This document shows, one piece after another, positions 1 to 10,162 of a stretch of 32,000 nucleotides of DNA; the stretch's first letter is position 1, and each line of letters opens with the position of its first letter. Source of the stretch: Candidatus Electronema halotolerans (GTDB taxonomy: Bacteria > Desulfobacterota > Desulfobulbia > Desulfobulbales > Desulfobulbaceae); assembly GCA_942493095.1 (NCBI GenBank), contig OW818675.1, positions 420,001 through 452,000 on the forward strand. The letters run 5' to 3'. The position numbers were made by a program, and so were the translations under genes. The notes beneath the pieces were generated by a model. That model saw nothing but the letters and a program-made list of their open reading frames with translations, did no database searches and was not told where the DNA came from.

Positions 1-387
1 CGCAACAACTATGATCTCGGCGTGTTCAACGGCGACATCGGCAGGATTATCGAGGTGAACAACGCGGATTTGACCCTGCGCGTCCGCTTCTTCCCGGATC
101 AGCGTGAGGTCGAGTATCAGCGCGAGCAGCTTACGGAATTGGAACTGGCCTACGCGATCACCATTCACAAGGCGCAGGGTTCAGAGTTTGAGGCGGTGAT
201 TCTGCCGGTGCTGACCCAGCATTTTCGGATGCTCTTCCACAACCTGCTCTACACCGGTCTGACGCGGGCACGGAAGCTGGCGGTGTTCGTCGGCACGAGG
301 AAGGCGTTGACGATGGCGGTGAAGAATCGGGATACGGGGCTGCGGCAGACGGCGTTAAGGGACTTGGTGGGCGGAGAGGATTGCTGA
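1..387 (+). CDS. C-terminal part of a RecD/RecD2-like DNA helicase (5' end outside the window)
   Basis: The frame is open from base 1 (NNYDLGVFNGDIG...AYAITIHKAQGSEFEAVILPVL...LLYTGLTRARKLAVFVG), with typical superfamily 1 helicase C-terminal motifs. Confidence 0.85.
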   Translation, partial: RNNYDLGVFNGDIGRIIEVNNADLTLRVRFFPDQREVEYQREQLTELELAYAITIHKAQGSEFEAVILPVLTQHFRMLFHNLLYTGLTRARKLAVFVGTRKALTMAVKNRDTGLRQTALRDLVGGEDC

Positions 388-405
388 GAAATATTACAGT
401 CGCAA

Positions 406-796
406 TCACCAGATGCGCTGCAAGCCAGCATACTCATCAAAGGCTTGATCTCTGCTCAGAAGCGGCATGTTCTCCGCCAAACTTTGCGCGATGAGCAGGC
501 GGTCAAACGGGTCTTTGTGATGAAACGGCATTGATCTGACAAAGTCCAGATGCTTCGGCTGCACAGGCAGCAGTTTCATCGCATTACCCCTGACATGCGT
601 CTCAACCAAGTCCGGGAAGGAGAAGTTCAGCTTCAGTTTGCCCATGCTGGCCTTGATGGACATTTCCCAGAGGCTGGGCGATGCTGATCAGCCGTTCGTT
701 GCGGATATCTTCGATGAGCTGCCGCGCCGGGCCGCTCAGATTCGGATTGCCGCCGATGAACCAGAGAAAAGTGTGCGTGTCCAGCAGAAGCTTTAT
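406..796 (-). pseudogene. PIN-domain (VapC-like) toxin with an apparent +1 frameshift
   Basis: The minus strand reads IKLLLDTHTFLWFIGGNPNLSGPARQLIEDIRNERLISIA and then continues in another frame as SLWEMSIKASMGKLKLNFSF...LLSRDQAFDEYAGLQRIW. There is one extra G in the GGG around 676-678, and the N-terminal codon is ATA rather than ATG. Confidence 0.7.
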
Positions 797-1017
797 GGCA
801 TGTAGTCCTCGAAATCATCAAGTGGCGCATCAAAATCATCCGCCATTTCAATCAGTCCAGCGGCACTGCCGAATTTCGGGCGCGGCAGGACAGGAAACGG
901 CACGAGTTTGAATCCTGAGCCGTCATCCTTTGTGATGATGACTTCTTCGCCAGCGGCTGCCATTACAATCAGCTTGGCAAGCATGGTCTCCGCTGCTTTC
1001 AACGCGACTTGGGGCAT
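793..1017 (-). CDS. Antitoxin (Phd/YefM- or VapB-like), 74 aa
   Basis: Small ORF (MPQVALKAAETMLAKLIVMAAAGEEVIITKDDG...) immediately upstream of, and overlapping, the PIN reading frame. Confidence 0.6.
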   Translation of the reverse strand: MPQVALKAAETMLAKLIVMAAAGEEVIITKDDGSGFKLVPFPVLPRPKFGSAAGLIEMADDFDAPLDDFEDYMP

Positions 1018-1341
1018 GTCAGCCTCCTGCTGTTGACAGCAACCAATGTTGTTTTTTGCTCCTGCTTGAATTTTCAGGAGAACGCTTTCAGCATAGCATG
1101 TTCAGGCGGGCAATGCAACGAGCTGAACGACTGGCCTTTCTCTGTCGGCACGAGGAAAGCCTTGGCAATGGCGGTCAAGAATCTAATCACGATCTGGCGG
1201 CAGTGCAGGTTCACGCCCGAATCGAGTCATCCCCAGCCGATGGACCCCATGTTGTCTTAGCAGGCAATTCAATGAAATGATTCACTTTGCGAAGCAATTT
1301 GTCTCTGCAATGTATCATCCGGGGCTTGACACCAGCCCGTC

Positions 1342-2979
1342 TTACAACAGCCCCGCCACCATCGCCTTGGCCTCGTCCTGAATCCGGGCCAAGTGCGCCG
1401 CATCAATGAAGCTCTCCGCATAAATCTTGTAGATGTCCTCGGTGCCGGAAGGGCGCAGGGCGCACCAGCCGTTTGCCGCAACAATCTTCAGGCCGCCGAT
1501 GGGCGCATCATTGCCCGGAGCCTTGGTCAGCACCGCCGTGATCGGCTCGCCAGCCAGCGTCTTGACTGACACATCTTCTGGCTGCAAATTTTTCAGCACC
1601 GCCTTTTGCGCAGGTGTGGCGGGCGCATCAATGCGGGCATAAATCGGCGCGCCAAACTGCTTGGTCAATTCCTGATAATGCTGGCCCGGATCGCGCCCGG
1701 TCTTGGCTGTGATTTCAGCGGCCAGCAGATTGAGGATGATGCCGTCCTTGTCTGTGCTCCAAACCGTGCCGTCCTTGCGCAGGAAGCTCGCGCCTGCGCT
1801 TTCCTCGCCGCCAAAAAAGATGCTGCCTTGGCGCAGGCCGTCAACAAACCACTTGAAGCCGACCGGCACTTCCACCACTTTGCGGCCCAGCGCGGCTGCG
1901 GCCCGGTCAATGATCGAGCTGCTGACCAAAGTCTTGCCAATCGCCAGATCATCCCGCCACTGCGGACGGTTCTGCGCCAAATACGAGATTGCCACGCTCA
2001 GATAATGATTCGGATTGAGCAGGCCCATGCTTTTGGTGACAATGCCGTGGCGGTCAAAGTCGGTGTCATTGCCAAAAGCAATGTCAAAATTCTCTTTCAT
2101 CGCCACCAGCCCGGCCATTGCGTAAGGCGAGGAGCAGTCCATCCTGATCTTGCCGTCCTTGTCGCAGTGCATAAAGGAGAAGGTCGAATCCAGCGTGTCG
2201 TTGAAGATTTCCATGTTCAGGCCGTAACGCGCCCGGATTGCGGCCCAGTAGGCCATTCCTGCGCCGCCCATCGCGTCCGCGCCGATGCGGATGCCGGACT
2301 GGGCAATGGCCGCCATGTCAACAACTTGCTCCAGATCATTAACATAAGGCGTGACGTAATCATACGAACGGACGTTCGCCGATTGGAGCGCATCCGCCAA
2401 CGGCAGCGCGTTCACTCCGGCCAGATTTTCCGCCAGCAGCGCATTGGCGCGGGCTTCGATGACGCTGGTCACATCCGTGTCTGCCGGGCCGCCGTGCGGG
2501 GGATTGTACTTGAAGCCGCCGTCCGCAGGTGGGTTGTGGGACGGCGTGATAACAATGCCGTCGCAAAGTTCCTTGCCCTGCTGGTTATGGGTGAGGATGG
2601 CGTGGGAGATGACCGGCGTGGGCGTGTAGGGCGAATTGTCAGCGGCAATGCAGACTTGCACCTTGTTGGCGGCCAGCACCCGCAGGGCGGTGAGCTGGGC
2701 AGGCCAGGAAAGCGGGTGGCTGTCCATGCCCATAAACAGGGTGCCGCTGATGCCAGCCTCGGTGCGGTAATCGCAGACTGCCTGGGTCACGGCGAGAATA
2801 TGGGCCTCGTTGAAGCTGCGCTTGAGCGAGCTGCCGCGATGACCGGAAGTGCCAAAACTGACCCGCTCGCCCTCCTGCTGCGGGTCAGGCAGCAGGGTGT
2901 AATAGGCGGAAATCAGTTCCGGGACATTGACCAATATTGTTTTCGGGGCAGGCTGACCTGCCAGCGGATGAATGCTCAT
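1342..2979 (-). CDS. pgm: Phosphoglucomutase (alpha-D-glucose phosphate-specific)
   Basis: [27 protein letters not shown]...[12 protein letters not shown]...[11 protein letters not shown]-type phosphohexomutase motifs ([10 protein letters not shown]) and [18 protein letters not shown]. The ORF track extends further upstream, but the natural start is at 2979. Confidence 0.95.
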   Translation of the reverse strand: MSIHPLAGQPAPKTILVNVPELISAYYTLLPDPQQEGERVSFGTSGHRGSSLKRSFNEAHILAVTQAVCDYRTEAGISGTLFMGMDSHPLSWPAQLTALRVLAANKVQVCIAADNSPYTPTPVISHAILTHNQQGKELCDGIVITPSHNPPADGGFKYNPPHGGPADTDVTSVIEARANALLAENLAGVNALPLADALQSANVRSYDYVTPYVNDLEQVVDMAAIAQSGIRIGADAMGGAGMAYWAAIRARYGLNMEIFNDTLDSTFSFMHCDKDGKIRMDCSSPYAMAGLVAMKENFDIAFGNDTDFDRHGIVTKSMGLLNPNHYLSVAISYLAQNRPQWRDDLAIGKTLVSSSIIDRAAAALGRKVVEVPVGFKWFVDGLRQGSIFFGGEESAGASFLRKDGTVWSTDKDGIILNLLAAEITAKTGRDPGQHYQELTKQFGAPIYARIDAPATPAQKAVLKNLQPEDVSVKTLAGEPITAVLTKAPGNDAPIGGLKIVAANGWCALRPSGTEDIYKIYAESFIDAAHLARIQDEAKAMVAGLL

Positions 2980-3010
2980 GATGTATTTGTTATTGATTTT
3001 AATTCGTTCC

Positions 3011-3038
3011 GTAGGGACGAAAAATTTTTCGTCCCTAC
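3011..3038. repeat. 28-bp perfect palindrome GTAGGGACGAAAAA/TTTTTCGTCCCTAC
   Basis: The arms are exactly reverse complementary. This is one member of a dispersed palindrome family in the window. Confidence 0.85.
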
Positions 3039-3077
3039 ATTGTGCCATTGCCAAGGAACAAGGCAAAAAAGACAAAA

Positions 3078-4442
3078 TCACTGTCCGCCGCGCACCAACA
3101 GAACCGCGACGTCGTAGTCGCGGTTGACGACGTCGGAATAGCCGCTGCCGAAATAGACGCACCACGCATAGTCCGAGCTGACCGCATAGGGCGAACCGGA
3201 CCAGTACCACAATGAAGTATTCGGAAAAGCCTGCTGATTGATCGTTGGCTCTTCCGAATCATCGTTGCACCAGCCGTCATCTTTGTCTTTCACCCCTTTA
3301 CTGCAATAGACCAAGGTTTTCAGCTCATCAATGGTCGGCAGCCGCCAATCTGTATAACCAGCATATTCAACATGTTTAAAACGGCTTACGGCATCATCCC
3401 ATTTGCACTCTTCCGCCTTTCCCACTTCACAATTCACCCCTTCCAATCCTTCTGAGCAGCGTTTCCACATCAGGCCAGTCTTCGTATCAATTATAGTTCC
3501 ATCGCAATGATCAATATATTGACCAATCTTTATTCCTTTTGAGCAAGCTATTTTCCACAATCGTTCTTTTTCTCGTGCAGCGATGCCATCCAATTTTTTT
3601 CGCAATCCTTCTGGCAACTTTGACAAGTTATCATAATCAGAGCCGCTGTCATATTGCAGTTTCTTGATGCTTTTCAAAGAAAACATATCACCGTAATCAT
3701 CCGCCAAACGCACCGAGCCATTGCCTTGCAAATCCCAAATTTTCAGCGCATTCATGTCTATGTATGGAATTTCCGTCAGCTCATTGTTGCTCAAATCAAG
3801 TAATTGCAAATTCCGCACCGGCAGCCCTGTTCTGGGAAATGTGCTGATGCCGTTGGCGGATAAATTCAACTCCTCCAAACCGGCCAGCTTGTTCAGCTCC
3901 AATGCGCTGACCTCGTTGTTAATCCGGTTCTTGCTCAAATCAAGAATCTTCAATGACCATAACGGAGCTAAGGAACCGAAATTCTTGGCCGCGCCCTGCG
4001 TCCCGCTCAAATAGAGTTCGCCTAAATCGCTCAATTTCTGCCAAACCGGGGCAAGATTTTGCTCCGCCGTGTCGCCTTGAAAAAGCGGGTTGTCGGAAAG
4101 ATTGAGCACATCCAGCTTGGGCATGGCCTGCAAGGTTTCCAGCAAATCGCTGTCCGCATCCAAATGATTTTTCGACAAATCCAAGCGGCGCAGGTTGGTG
4201 AAGCGTTTCAGCCACGGCGGGATTCTGTACAACGAGGCATCGGAAAAATCAAGCAGCTCCACCCGGAGCAATTCGCGGGGCGCGGTCTCGGCAGGCAGCA
4301 CCTGCGCAGTTCTTTGGCCGGAAAACTGCACCTTGACACCTGCATCGTGCATGATGCGCACGTCATCAATTGTGAATAATTCCTGCCCGACAGACAAGGA
4401 CGGCAGCAGGCATAAGCACAAGGAGAATATGATTTTTTTCAT
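3078..4442 (-). CDS. Secreted leucine-rich-repeat protein with a C-terminal DUF1566/Lcl-like domain
   Basis: Signal peptide [19 protein letters not shown]; repeated LxxLxxLxLSxNxL units; C-terminus [14 protein letters not shown]...[29 protein letters not shown]...YWSGSPYA...WCVYFGSG. Confidence 0.85.
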   Translation of the reverse strand: MKKIIFSLCLCLLPSLSVGQELFTIDDVRIMHDAGVKVQFSGQRTAQVLPAETAPRELLRVELLDFSDASLYRIPPWLKRFTNLRRLDLSKNHLDADSDLLETLQAMPKLDVLNLSDNPLFQGDTAEQNLAPVWQKLSDLGELYLSGTQGAAKNFGSLAPLWSLKILDLSKNRINNEVSALELNKLAGLEELNLSANGISTFPRTGLPVRNLQLLDLSNNELTEIPYIDMNALKIWDLQGNGSVRLADDYGDMFSLKSIKKLQYDSGSDYDNLSKLPEGLRKKLDGIAAREKERLWKIACSKGIKIGQYIDHCDGTIIDTKTGLMWKRCSEGLEGVNCEVGKAEECKWDDAVSRFKHVEYAGYTDWRLPTIDELKTLVYCSKGVKDKDDGWCNDDSEEPTINQQAFPNTSLWYWSGSPYAVSSDYAWCVYFGSGYSDVVNRDYDVAVLLVRGGQ

Positions 4443-4468
4443 AGCATTCAAAAAAATGTTTCGGCAGG

Positions 4469-4484
4469 GCACGGCGCGCCGTGC
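4469..4484. repeat. 16-bp perfect GC palindrome GCACGGCGCGCCGTGC, 5 bp from the 28-bp palindrome at 4490
   Basis: Direct reading. Confidence 0.8.
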
Positions 4485-4489
4485 AACAT

Positions 4490-4517
4490 GTAGGGGCGGT
4501 TCATGAACCGCCCCTAC
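4490..4517. repeat. 28-bp perfect palindrome GTAGGGGCGGTTCA/TGAACCGCCCCTAC
   Basis: Exact reverse-complement arms. Confidence 0.85.
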
Positions 4518-4554
4518 AGAAATTTCTTGATGACCTCGAAAAAACAGAAATACG

Positions 4555-5181
4555 TTACGCCATCAGCTCGTCAAATGCGGAAACCCCAGTCGCGGCAATC
4601 AATTCCTTGACATGGGCTTCCTGATCTCCATGCAGCTGCCAACGTTCCAAAGTCAGCAGGTCATCAGGTTCAAGACGCTTCTCAAACTCATTGGCTGGCT
4701 TGGCATATCCCATGCCTGCAATCTTGATTTTGATCTTCTCTCGTTCAAGATAATCCAGCACTGTGTGGAAACGCTGTTTTTCCGCTTCGCTGTTGATCTG
4801 CATTTTGAAGGTGCGCTGCGGATGCAGTTCATAATCCGCAATGCCCAGCGTGATGACCGAGGCTTTGTAGGGCACTGGCTTGAAATTGGTCTCATTGCCG
4901 AGAGAACGTAGTTCCGGGAAGCTGAGATTGGAACCGAAACTCTGATATGCTTCAGCGCGGCTGTAATGACGATGAGACAAATTATTCACAATGGCATCAG
5001 CAACCAACGACACCACAACCGCTTCGGCAACATCAAAAATCAACCCAGCAAGCAAGCGGGTCGGCTGAAGACGGATTATCCAGCTCCAGATGCCAGCCTC
5101 GCTGGCGGCGGGCAGCAGCAATCCTGCCGCGCTGATTGCGGTGTATGTCAGCAGGTCACGGCGGGTCAGTTCGTTCTTCAT
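4555..5181 (-). CDS. Hypothetical Tat-signal-like secreted or anchored protein, 208 aa
   Basis: MKNELTRRDLLTYTAISAAGLLLPAASEAG twin-arginine leader followed by a globular region. The longer ORF to 5814 runs antisense into glgX. Confidence 0.6.
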   Translation of the reverse strand: MKNELTRRDLLTYTAISAAGLLLPAASEAGIWSWIIRLQPTRLLAGLIFDVAEAVVVSLVADAIVNNLSHRHYSRAEAYQSFGSNLSFPELRSLGNETNFKPVPYKASVITLGIADYELHPQRTFKMQINSEAEKQRFHTVLDYLEREKIKIKIAGMGYAKPANEFEKRLEPDDLLTLERWQLHGDQEAHVKELIAATGVSAFDELMA

Positions 5182-5340
5182 GGCATGTCTCCTGTGGCAG
5201 AGATTGATCAGGCAGGCCCGACTCATTTTTAATCTGGAATCAGCCTTTGCGCAAGGTCTTCCCGGCTGGGTAATCTGCTTTTCAGCTTGGAAAAGCTGCT
5301 GCCGGTGGTGTAGCATAGTTGCAGCAGCAAGAAGCCGGTA

Positions 5341-7470
5341 TTGACCAACATCTCCCCTTTCCGCACGATGAGCAGACAATTTTCCACCTTGCCGGGCAGC
5401 CCCCAGCCGCTGGGCGCGACCATCACCCCTGACGGCATCAACTTTGCCATTTTTTCCCGCCACGCCGAGAGCGTTTCCTTGGTGCTGGGAATCAAGCATG
5501 AGGAAGGGGAAAGTGCCCGAATAGACATTCCGCTGGATCCGATCCTGAACAAGACCGGCGATATCTGGCATGTCACGATCAGTGGGCCGTCTGCTTATCT
5601 CCGCTACGGCTGGCGGATTTCTGGGCCGTGGGAGCCGAAAACTTCCGGGCTGGCCTACAACAGCGACCTGATCCTGCTCGACCCTTACACCAAAGAGCTG
5701 CGCTCGCCGCGCTGGGGTCATAAACGCCTTGGCGCAGGCCGACAGACCTTTGGCCTGATCCCGGATAAAAACTATGATTGGGAAGGCGACCGGCCTCTGA
5801 ACATTCCGCTCCAAGATTCAATCATCTACGAGCTGCATGTGCGCGGCTTCACCTTTCATCCTTCGTCCAAATGCGCTTTTCCCGGCACCTTCCGGGGCAT
5901 CACGGAAAAGATAACTTATCTGAAACGGCTGGGCATCACAGCGGTGGAGCTGATGCCAGTGATGGAATTTGACGAGACTGACTGCCCTTTTGTCAACCCG
6001 GAAACCGGCGCGCCGCTGCGCAACTACTGGGGCTACAACCCGCTGTCTTTTTTCGCGCCCAAACCGTCTTATGCGGGCAACATTCCGCATCCGCTCAATG
6101 AATTCCGCGACATGGTCAAAGCCCTGCATCGGGCCGGGATTGAAGTCATTCTCGACATTGTCTTCAACCATACTGCCGAGGGCGGCTGGGACGGCCAGAT
6201 CAGCTCGTTCCGGGGCATTGACAATCCGATTTACTATCTGCTTGATCCGTGGACCAAAGCCTATCTCAACTTTTCCGGCTGCGGCAACACCTGCAACTGC
6301 AACCACCCGATTGTCCGCAGCTTGATCATCGATGCGCTGCACTGGTGGGTCATGGAAATGCACGTGGATGGTTTCCGCTTTGATCTGGCCTCGATTCTGG
6401 GCCGCGACCAGCAGGGCCATGTCCTCAGCAACCCACCGATGGTGGAGATGATTGCTGAAGACCCGATTTTGGCGAATACTAAAATCATTGCTGAGGCGTG
6501 GGATGCCGCAGGGCTGTATCAGGTCGGCCATTTCTCTGATCATCATCGCTGGGCCGAGTGGAATGGCCGCTTCCGCGATGACGTGCGCATGTTCATGAAG
6601 GGCACGCCCGGCCTGAGCGGCGCGCTCGCCACCCGGATTGCAGGCAGCTCCGACCTCTACCAGCACAATGGCCGCCGCCCCTGCAACTCGATCAACTTCA
6701 TCACCAGCCACGACGGCTTCACGCTGGCTGATTTAGTCAGCTACAATGAAAAGCACAACCTTGCCAACGGTGAGGACAACCGGGACGGCGACAATCATAA
6801 TTTGAGCTGGAATTCCGGGGCAGAAGGGCCGACTGAGAACAGAAGAATCCTTCAGCTCCGCAGCCGCCGGATCAGGACGATGGCAGTCATCCTCCTGCTC
6901 TCGCAGGGCGTGCCGATGCTGGTTGCAGGTGATGAATTTGGCAGGACGCAGCAGGGCAACAACAATGCGTGGTGTCAGGATAATGAAATTAGCTGGATCA
7001 ATTGGCAGCTGGCTGAGAAACACCGGGGCCAGCTCCGCTTTTTCCGCAATTTGATCCGCCTGCGCCGTGACCATGCCATTTTCCGGCGGGCGGAATTCTT
7101 TGAGATCAGCCGCCCGGATCAGCCGCCCTCCTCGCAGGAGATCATCTGGCACGGCCTTCAGCCGAACCAGCCCGACTGGTCAGAGCAGAGCCAAGTTCTC
7201 GCCTTTCTGCTCAAGGACATCCGGCCAGGCGATGACGAGGACAGCAATTTCTACATCATGCTCAATGGCCAGCCAGATCAGGCTGCCCTGTTCACCGTGC
7301 CGGAAACTGCCACGGTCGGCAGGCCGAGCGTGTGGAAAAAAATCATCGACACTGGTCTGTCTGCGCCAGCCGATTTTGTTGACTTGGCCAAGGCAAGGCC
7401 AATTGCCGAAGGTGCTCAGGTCTGCGTGGCGGCAATGGGCTGCGTGGTCTTGCAGACGGAAAAAATGTGA
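5341..7470 (+). CDS. glgX: Glycogen debranching enzyme / isoamylase (GH13)
   Basis: PQPLGATITPDGINFAIFSRHAESVSLVL; YELHVRGFT; DIVFNHTAEGG; DGFRFDLASILGRD; GDEFGRTQQGNNNAWCQDNEISWINW. Confidence 0.93.
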   Translation: MTNISPFRTMSRQFSTLPGSPQPLGATITPDGINFAIFSRHAESVSLVLGIKHEEGESARIDIPLDPILNKTGDIWHVTISGPSAYLRYGWRISGPWEPKTSGLAYNSDLILLDPYTKELRSPRWGHKRLGAGRQTFGLIPDKNYDWEGDRPLNIPLQDSIIYELHVRGFTFHPSSKCAFPGTFRGITEKITYLKRLGITAVELMPVMEFDETDCPFVNPETGAPLRNYWGYNPLSFFAPKPSYAGNIPHPLNEFRDMVKALHRAGIEVILDIVFNHTAEGGWDGQISSFRGIDNPIYYLLDPWTKAYLNFSGCGNTCNCNHPIVRSLIIDALHWWVMEMHVDGFRFDLASILGRDQQGHVLSNPPMVEMIAEDPILANTKIIAEAWDAAGLYQVGHFSDHHRWAEWNGRFRDDVRMFMKGTPGLSGALATRIAGSSDLYQHNGRRPCNSINFITSHDGFTLADLVSYNEKHNLANGEDNRDGDNHNLSWNSGAEGPTENRRILQLRSRRIRTMAVILLLSQGVPMLVAGDEFGRTQQGNNNAWCQDNEISWINWQLAEKHRGQLRFFRNLIRLRRDHAIFRRAEFFEISRPDQPPSSQEIIWHGLQPNQPDWSEQSQVLAFLLKDIRPGDDEDSNFYIMLNGQPDQAALFTVPETATVGRPSVWKKIIDTGLSAPADFVDLAKARPIAEGAQVCVAAMGCVVLQTEKM

Positions 7471-7488
7471 GGAGCAGCTTGCCGCCGG

Positions 7489-8529
7489 TCAGCTCTTCCG
7501 CTTCTCCCCAGTCAGGGCCGCCTGATCAAACCAGTTTGGAATCACGCCCGCTTTCCAGCAGGCCCGCGAGCTGGCAATCACTTTTCGCATCACGCCATTG
7601 ATGACCGCCCACAGTGCTTCGCTGCCGCCGAAATTGACCCCGCCATTGGTCCACAGCGTTTCCAGCATCAGCAGGAGCTGAAAAAAGTTCTGCTGGAGCG
7701 GCCCCTGCACTGGATGCAGAGGATCATCAACTCCACTATGCACTTCCGGCAATTCGCTCATCTTGAGTTTGAGAAAACGGCCAAAATGGGCATAGCCGTT
7801 GTATGGCTCAGGATCTTTCGGCTCGTGCATCAGCCGGTAATAAGGCGGCACTGGAAAACTTTTTTCCGTCCACGGCGGCGACTTGAGCATCTCGGTGAGG
7901 ATATGGCCCTCGCCTTGATTGGTCACAGCTTGGACCGCATTGCGGGCATCAGCATAGCTGGCAATGATCTGGGGGAAATTCTGCTCCGGCCAATGCGCCT
8001 GCTGATGCTGGGTGCTCCAGCGGAACTGCTCAGTGCCGACCTGCTTGATGCCCACCATCAGGCCGTCATACATCTCGCCGATGGAACTGTACGGATGCTG
8101 CGGCGTTCGATGATCCACGATCAGCCCTTCCGGGATTTCCTCCGGGTTTTCAATGTCCAGCATGGTGTTGAGCCGCTCGTCATCCAACGGCCCCAGCATG
8201 GCGTTGAGAAAGCCGCGCTCGCCGGTTTCCGGGTCATAAGGCTTGATGTAGGGCACATCCGCGCCATACTGCGGCGGCCTGAAGCCGGGCGGCGCATCCA
8301 AGGCGGCGCAGAGATTGGCGGCTAACTGTAGGTGCAGCATCTCCTCAATCACCACGCTGCGGATGATTGTGCAGGCCTCGCTCCTGCTGTCAATGACCGA
8401 GGTCATTGCCGTGATGTAGAGGGGCAGGGTGTATAATTCCACGGCGGCAGCGGCTTGGGCGTGCTCCTGCACAAGCGCCTTGGTCCAAACAGCGGCTGGT
8501 TCCGGTATCTCGGTCATGGCGGTTTGCAT
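7489..8529 (-). CDS. Ferritin-like domain protein
   Basis: WTKALVQEHAQAAAAVELYTLPLYITAMTSV...EEMLHLQLAANLCAAL; helical Glu/His-rich ferritin-like N-terminus. Exact start uncertain (8529 or 8517). Confidence 0.7.
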   Translation of the reverse strand: MQTAMTEIPEPAAVWTKALVQEHAQAAAAVELYTLPLYITAMTSVIDSRSEACTIIRSVVIEEMLHLQLAANLCAALDAPPGFRPPQYGADVPYIKPYDPETGERGFLNAMLGPLDDERLNTMLDIENPEEIPEGLIVDHRTPQHPYSSIGEMYDGLMVGIKQVGTEQFRWSTQHQQAHWPEQNFPQIIASYADARNAVQAVTNQGEGHILTEMLKSPPWTEKSFPVPPYYRLMHEPKDPEPYNGYAHFGRFLKLKMSELPEVHSGVDDPLHPVQGPLQQNFFQLLLMLETLWTNGGVNFGGSEALWAVINGVMRKVIASSRACWKAGVIPNWFDQAALTGEKRKS

Positions 8530-8818
8530 GGTTGAGGAAGAGATGATTGACGTTCCAGCGCGGAACGCTGCGGGGCAGTATATTTTTTTGCCAAGCAAAG
8601 GTCAAGTGAAAGTCTTTGAATATTGAACCGTTGCCCAAAACCTCTCCAGCAGCGGCCTTGCCATCCATCACGTTTCTTGACAGAGCTTGAACGCCAGAGT
8701 AAACGAATTGAAAAATCAATTCGTTTCTTCAAAATAAGGTGAAAATGGGCCGGACAAGGGGAGGTTTCCCAAAATGGCTTGACAACTGCCTGATTTTTCT
8801 GGTACGAAAAGAGGAAGA

Positions 8819-8853
8819 GTCACAATGACACTCCGGGGCACCTTGGGTTAGAC
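8819..8853 (+). repeat. Isolated degenerate CRISPR repeat (35 nt) behind a leader-like segment (8731-8818)
   Basis: GTCACAATGACACTCCGGGGCACCTTGGGTTAGAC versus consensus GTCACAATGACACTCCGGGGYGCCCTGGGTTATGAC. The preceding 88 bp align without gaps to the leader at 10951-11038. Confidence 0.85.
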
Positions 8854-8868
8854 CGCAGGCCGGAATCC

Positions 8869-8896
8869 GTAGGGGGAATTCATGAATTCCCCCTGC
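8869..8896. repeat. 28-bp near-perfect palindrome GTAGGGGGAATTCA/TGAATTCCCCCTGC
   Basis: Same family as the other 28-bp palindromes; one arm mismatch. Confidence 0.75.
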
Positions 8897-8931
8897 AATG
8901 TTTGGATATTTCATAAAAATGGCTTTCCGCC

Positions 8932-9768
8932 ATGAACATCCTCCCCTGCTTCCAGCCGCTGCTTGACCTCTCGTGGCAAACCTTGCGTATTGAGCTGCGC
9001 AACACCCGCAACATCTTTGCCCGCCAGCACCCGTTAGCCGTGTTCGCTGCGGTGTGCAAGGAGGCGGCCAGCAAGGCAGGTATTCCGCACCACGAGTATT
9101 TTTATCATCCCTTGTCCGGCCTGCTGGAAAGCCGCATCCGCAAAGATGCTGTCTATCCGCTGGAACTGGTTTTCTCCAGCAACGACAGCACAGTCCGCGA
9201 CCGCTTCCTCAGCGGCCTGACCGAGCACCTGCGTCATCCCCGCAGCAACTTTGCCCTGCATCAGGCAGAGCCATCCATCCGCCGCTGCCTTGCTGATCTG
9301 CTGGCGGAAAATCCCCTGCGCTGCCCGGACGAAGTCTGCTTGGATTTCATCACCCCGTTTCCGTTCACGCCAAAAGCACCGGGGCAGCTCTGCCTGATCG
9401 ACCGCGACCTCTTTTTCCGCAAGCTGGCAGCCCGCATTGAGCGGACGTTCGGCCTGCGGCTGCCGGGCATCGAAAGCACGTGGGCGGAAGTGCGCTTGCT
9501 CTGCTGCTATTGGAAATACTATGAACGTCAGCGGGATTCGGCCAGCAACAGGGGCAGGCTGTATCTGAACGGCACGGTCGGGCCGCTCTATCTGCGCGGC
9601 GAGATTGCGCCGGTCTATCCGCTCCTCCTGCTCTGCTCCGAGATCAGTAACGGAAGGCACAGTGCCTTTGGCTTAGGACATTACCTGCTGCGGCAGGAAC
9701 CCAGCCTGAAAAACCTCCGGCAAAATGGCCGTGAAAGAGGGGCTGGAAGGGGAGGTGCTACAAAATAG
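8932..9768 (+). CDS. cas6: CRISPR-associated endoribonuclease Cas6-like
   Basis: 278 aa ending PLYLRGEIAPVYPLLLLCSEISNGRHSAFGLGHYLL, a Cas6/RAMP-type glycine-rich C-terminal motif. The stop codon lies just upstream of a CRISPR leader and array. Confidence 0.8.
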   Translation: MNILPCFQPLLDLSWQTLRIELRNTRNIFARQHPLAVFAAVCKEAASKAGIPHHEYFYHPLSGLLESRIRKDAVYPLELVFSSNDSTVRDRFLSGLTEHLRHPRSNFALHQAEPSIRRCLADLLAENPLRCPDEVCLDFITPFPFTPKAPGQLCLIDRDLFFRKLAARIERTFGLRLPGIESTWAEVRLLCCYWKYYERQRDSASNRGRLYLNGTVGPLYLRGEIAPVYPLLLLCSEISNGRHSAFGLGHYLLRQEPSLKNLRQNGRERGAGRGGATK

Positions 9769-9770
9769 TA

Positions 9771-9800
9771 TTGACAGGAAGCTGAATTTACGGGTATAAA
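9771..9800 (+). promoter_or_regulatory. Sigma70-like promoter in the array 1 leader
   Basis: TTGACA (9771-9776), 18 bp, TATAAA (9795-9800), ending 10 bp before the first repeat. Confidence 0.7.
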
Positions 9801-9810
9801 AAGAGGCAGA

Positions 9811-10119
9811 GTCACAATGACACTCCGGGGCGCCCTGGGTTATGACATACTATATGTGGCAAAGCCACTTTATAAGTCACAATGACACTCCGGGGTGCCC
9901 TGGGTTATGACTGTTATCTTCGGCAATTGATCCTGCAACTGAAAGTCACAATGACACTCCGGGGCGCCCTGGGTTATGACCAGATGCCCCATATAGCAGC
10001 CTTGTTTTTGTGTCACAATGACACTCCGGGGTGCCCTGGGTTATGACAATTGCATCACCAGAAAAACTACGTAGATTTGTAAAGTCACAATGACACTCCG
10101 GGGCGCCCTGGGTTATGAC
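9811..10119 (+). CRISPR. CRISPR array 1: five 36-nt repeats, four 29-36-nt spacers, plus a fifth spacer-like 32 nt before a degenerate end
   Basis: Repeats start at 9811, 9876, 9945, 10012 and 10084; the spacers are all different. A partial repeat GTCACGCCACAATGAC follows at 10152. Confidence 0.97.
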
Positions 10120-10162
10120 TGTCTGATTTAACCCTTCACCATTTCAATCCTGTCACGCCACA

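Noticed and set aside
1606-3117. 503-aa plus-strand ORF
   Set aside because: Antisense shadow of pgm, whose minus-strand product has clear phosphohexomutase motifs; the 503-aa translation has no recognisable domain.
3078-4442. Leucine-rich/DUF1566 protein as a diversity-generating-retroelement target
   Set aside because: The C-terminal domain could be of that general type, but I found no reverse transcriptase gene or recognisable template repeat nearby.
5182-5814. N-terminal extension of the 419-aa minus-strand ORF
   Set aside because: It overlaps glgX antisense. A normal start with a Tat-type leader is present at 5181.
5818-6711. 297-aa minus-strand ORF opposite glgX
   Set aside because: Composition typical of a high-GC antisense shadow ORF; glgX on the other strand is well supported.
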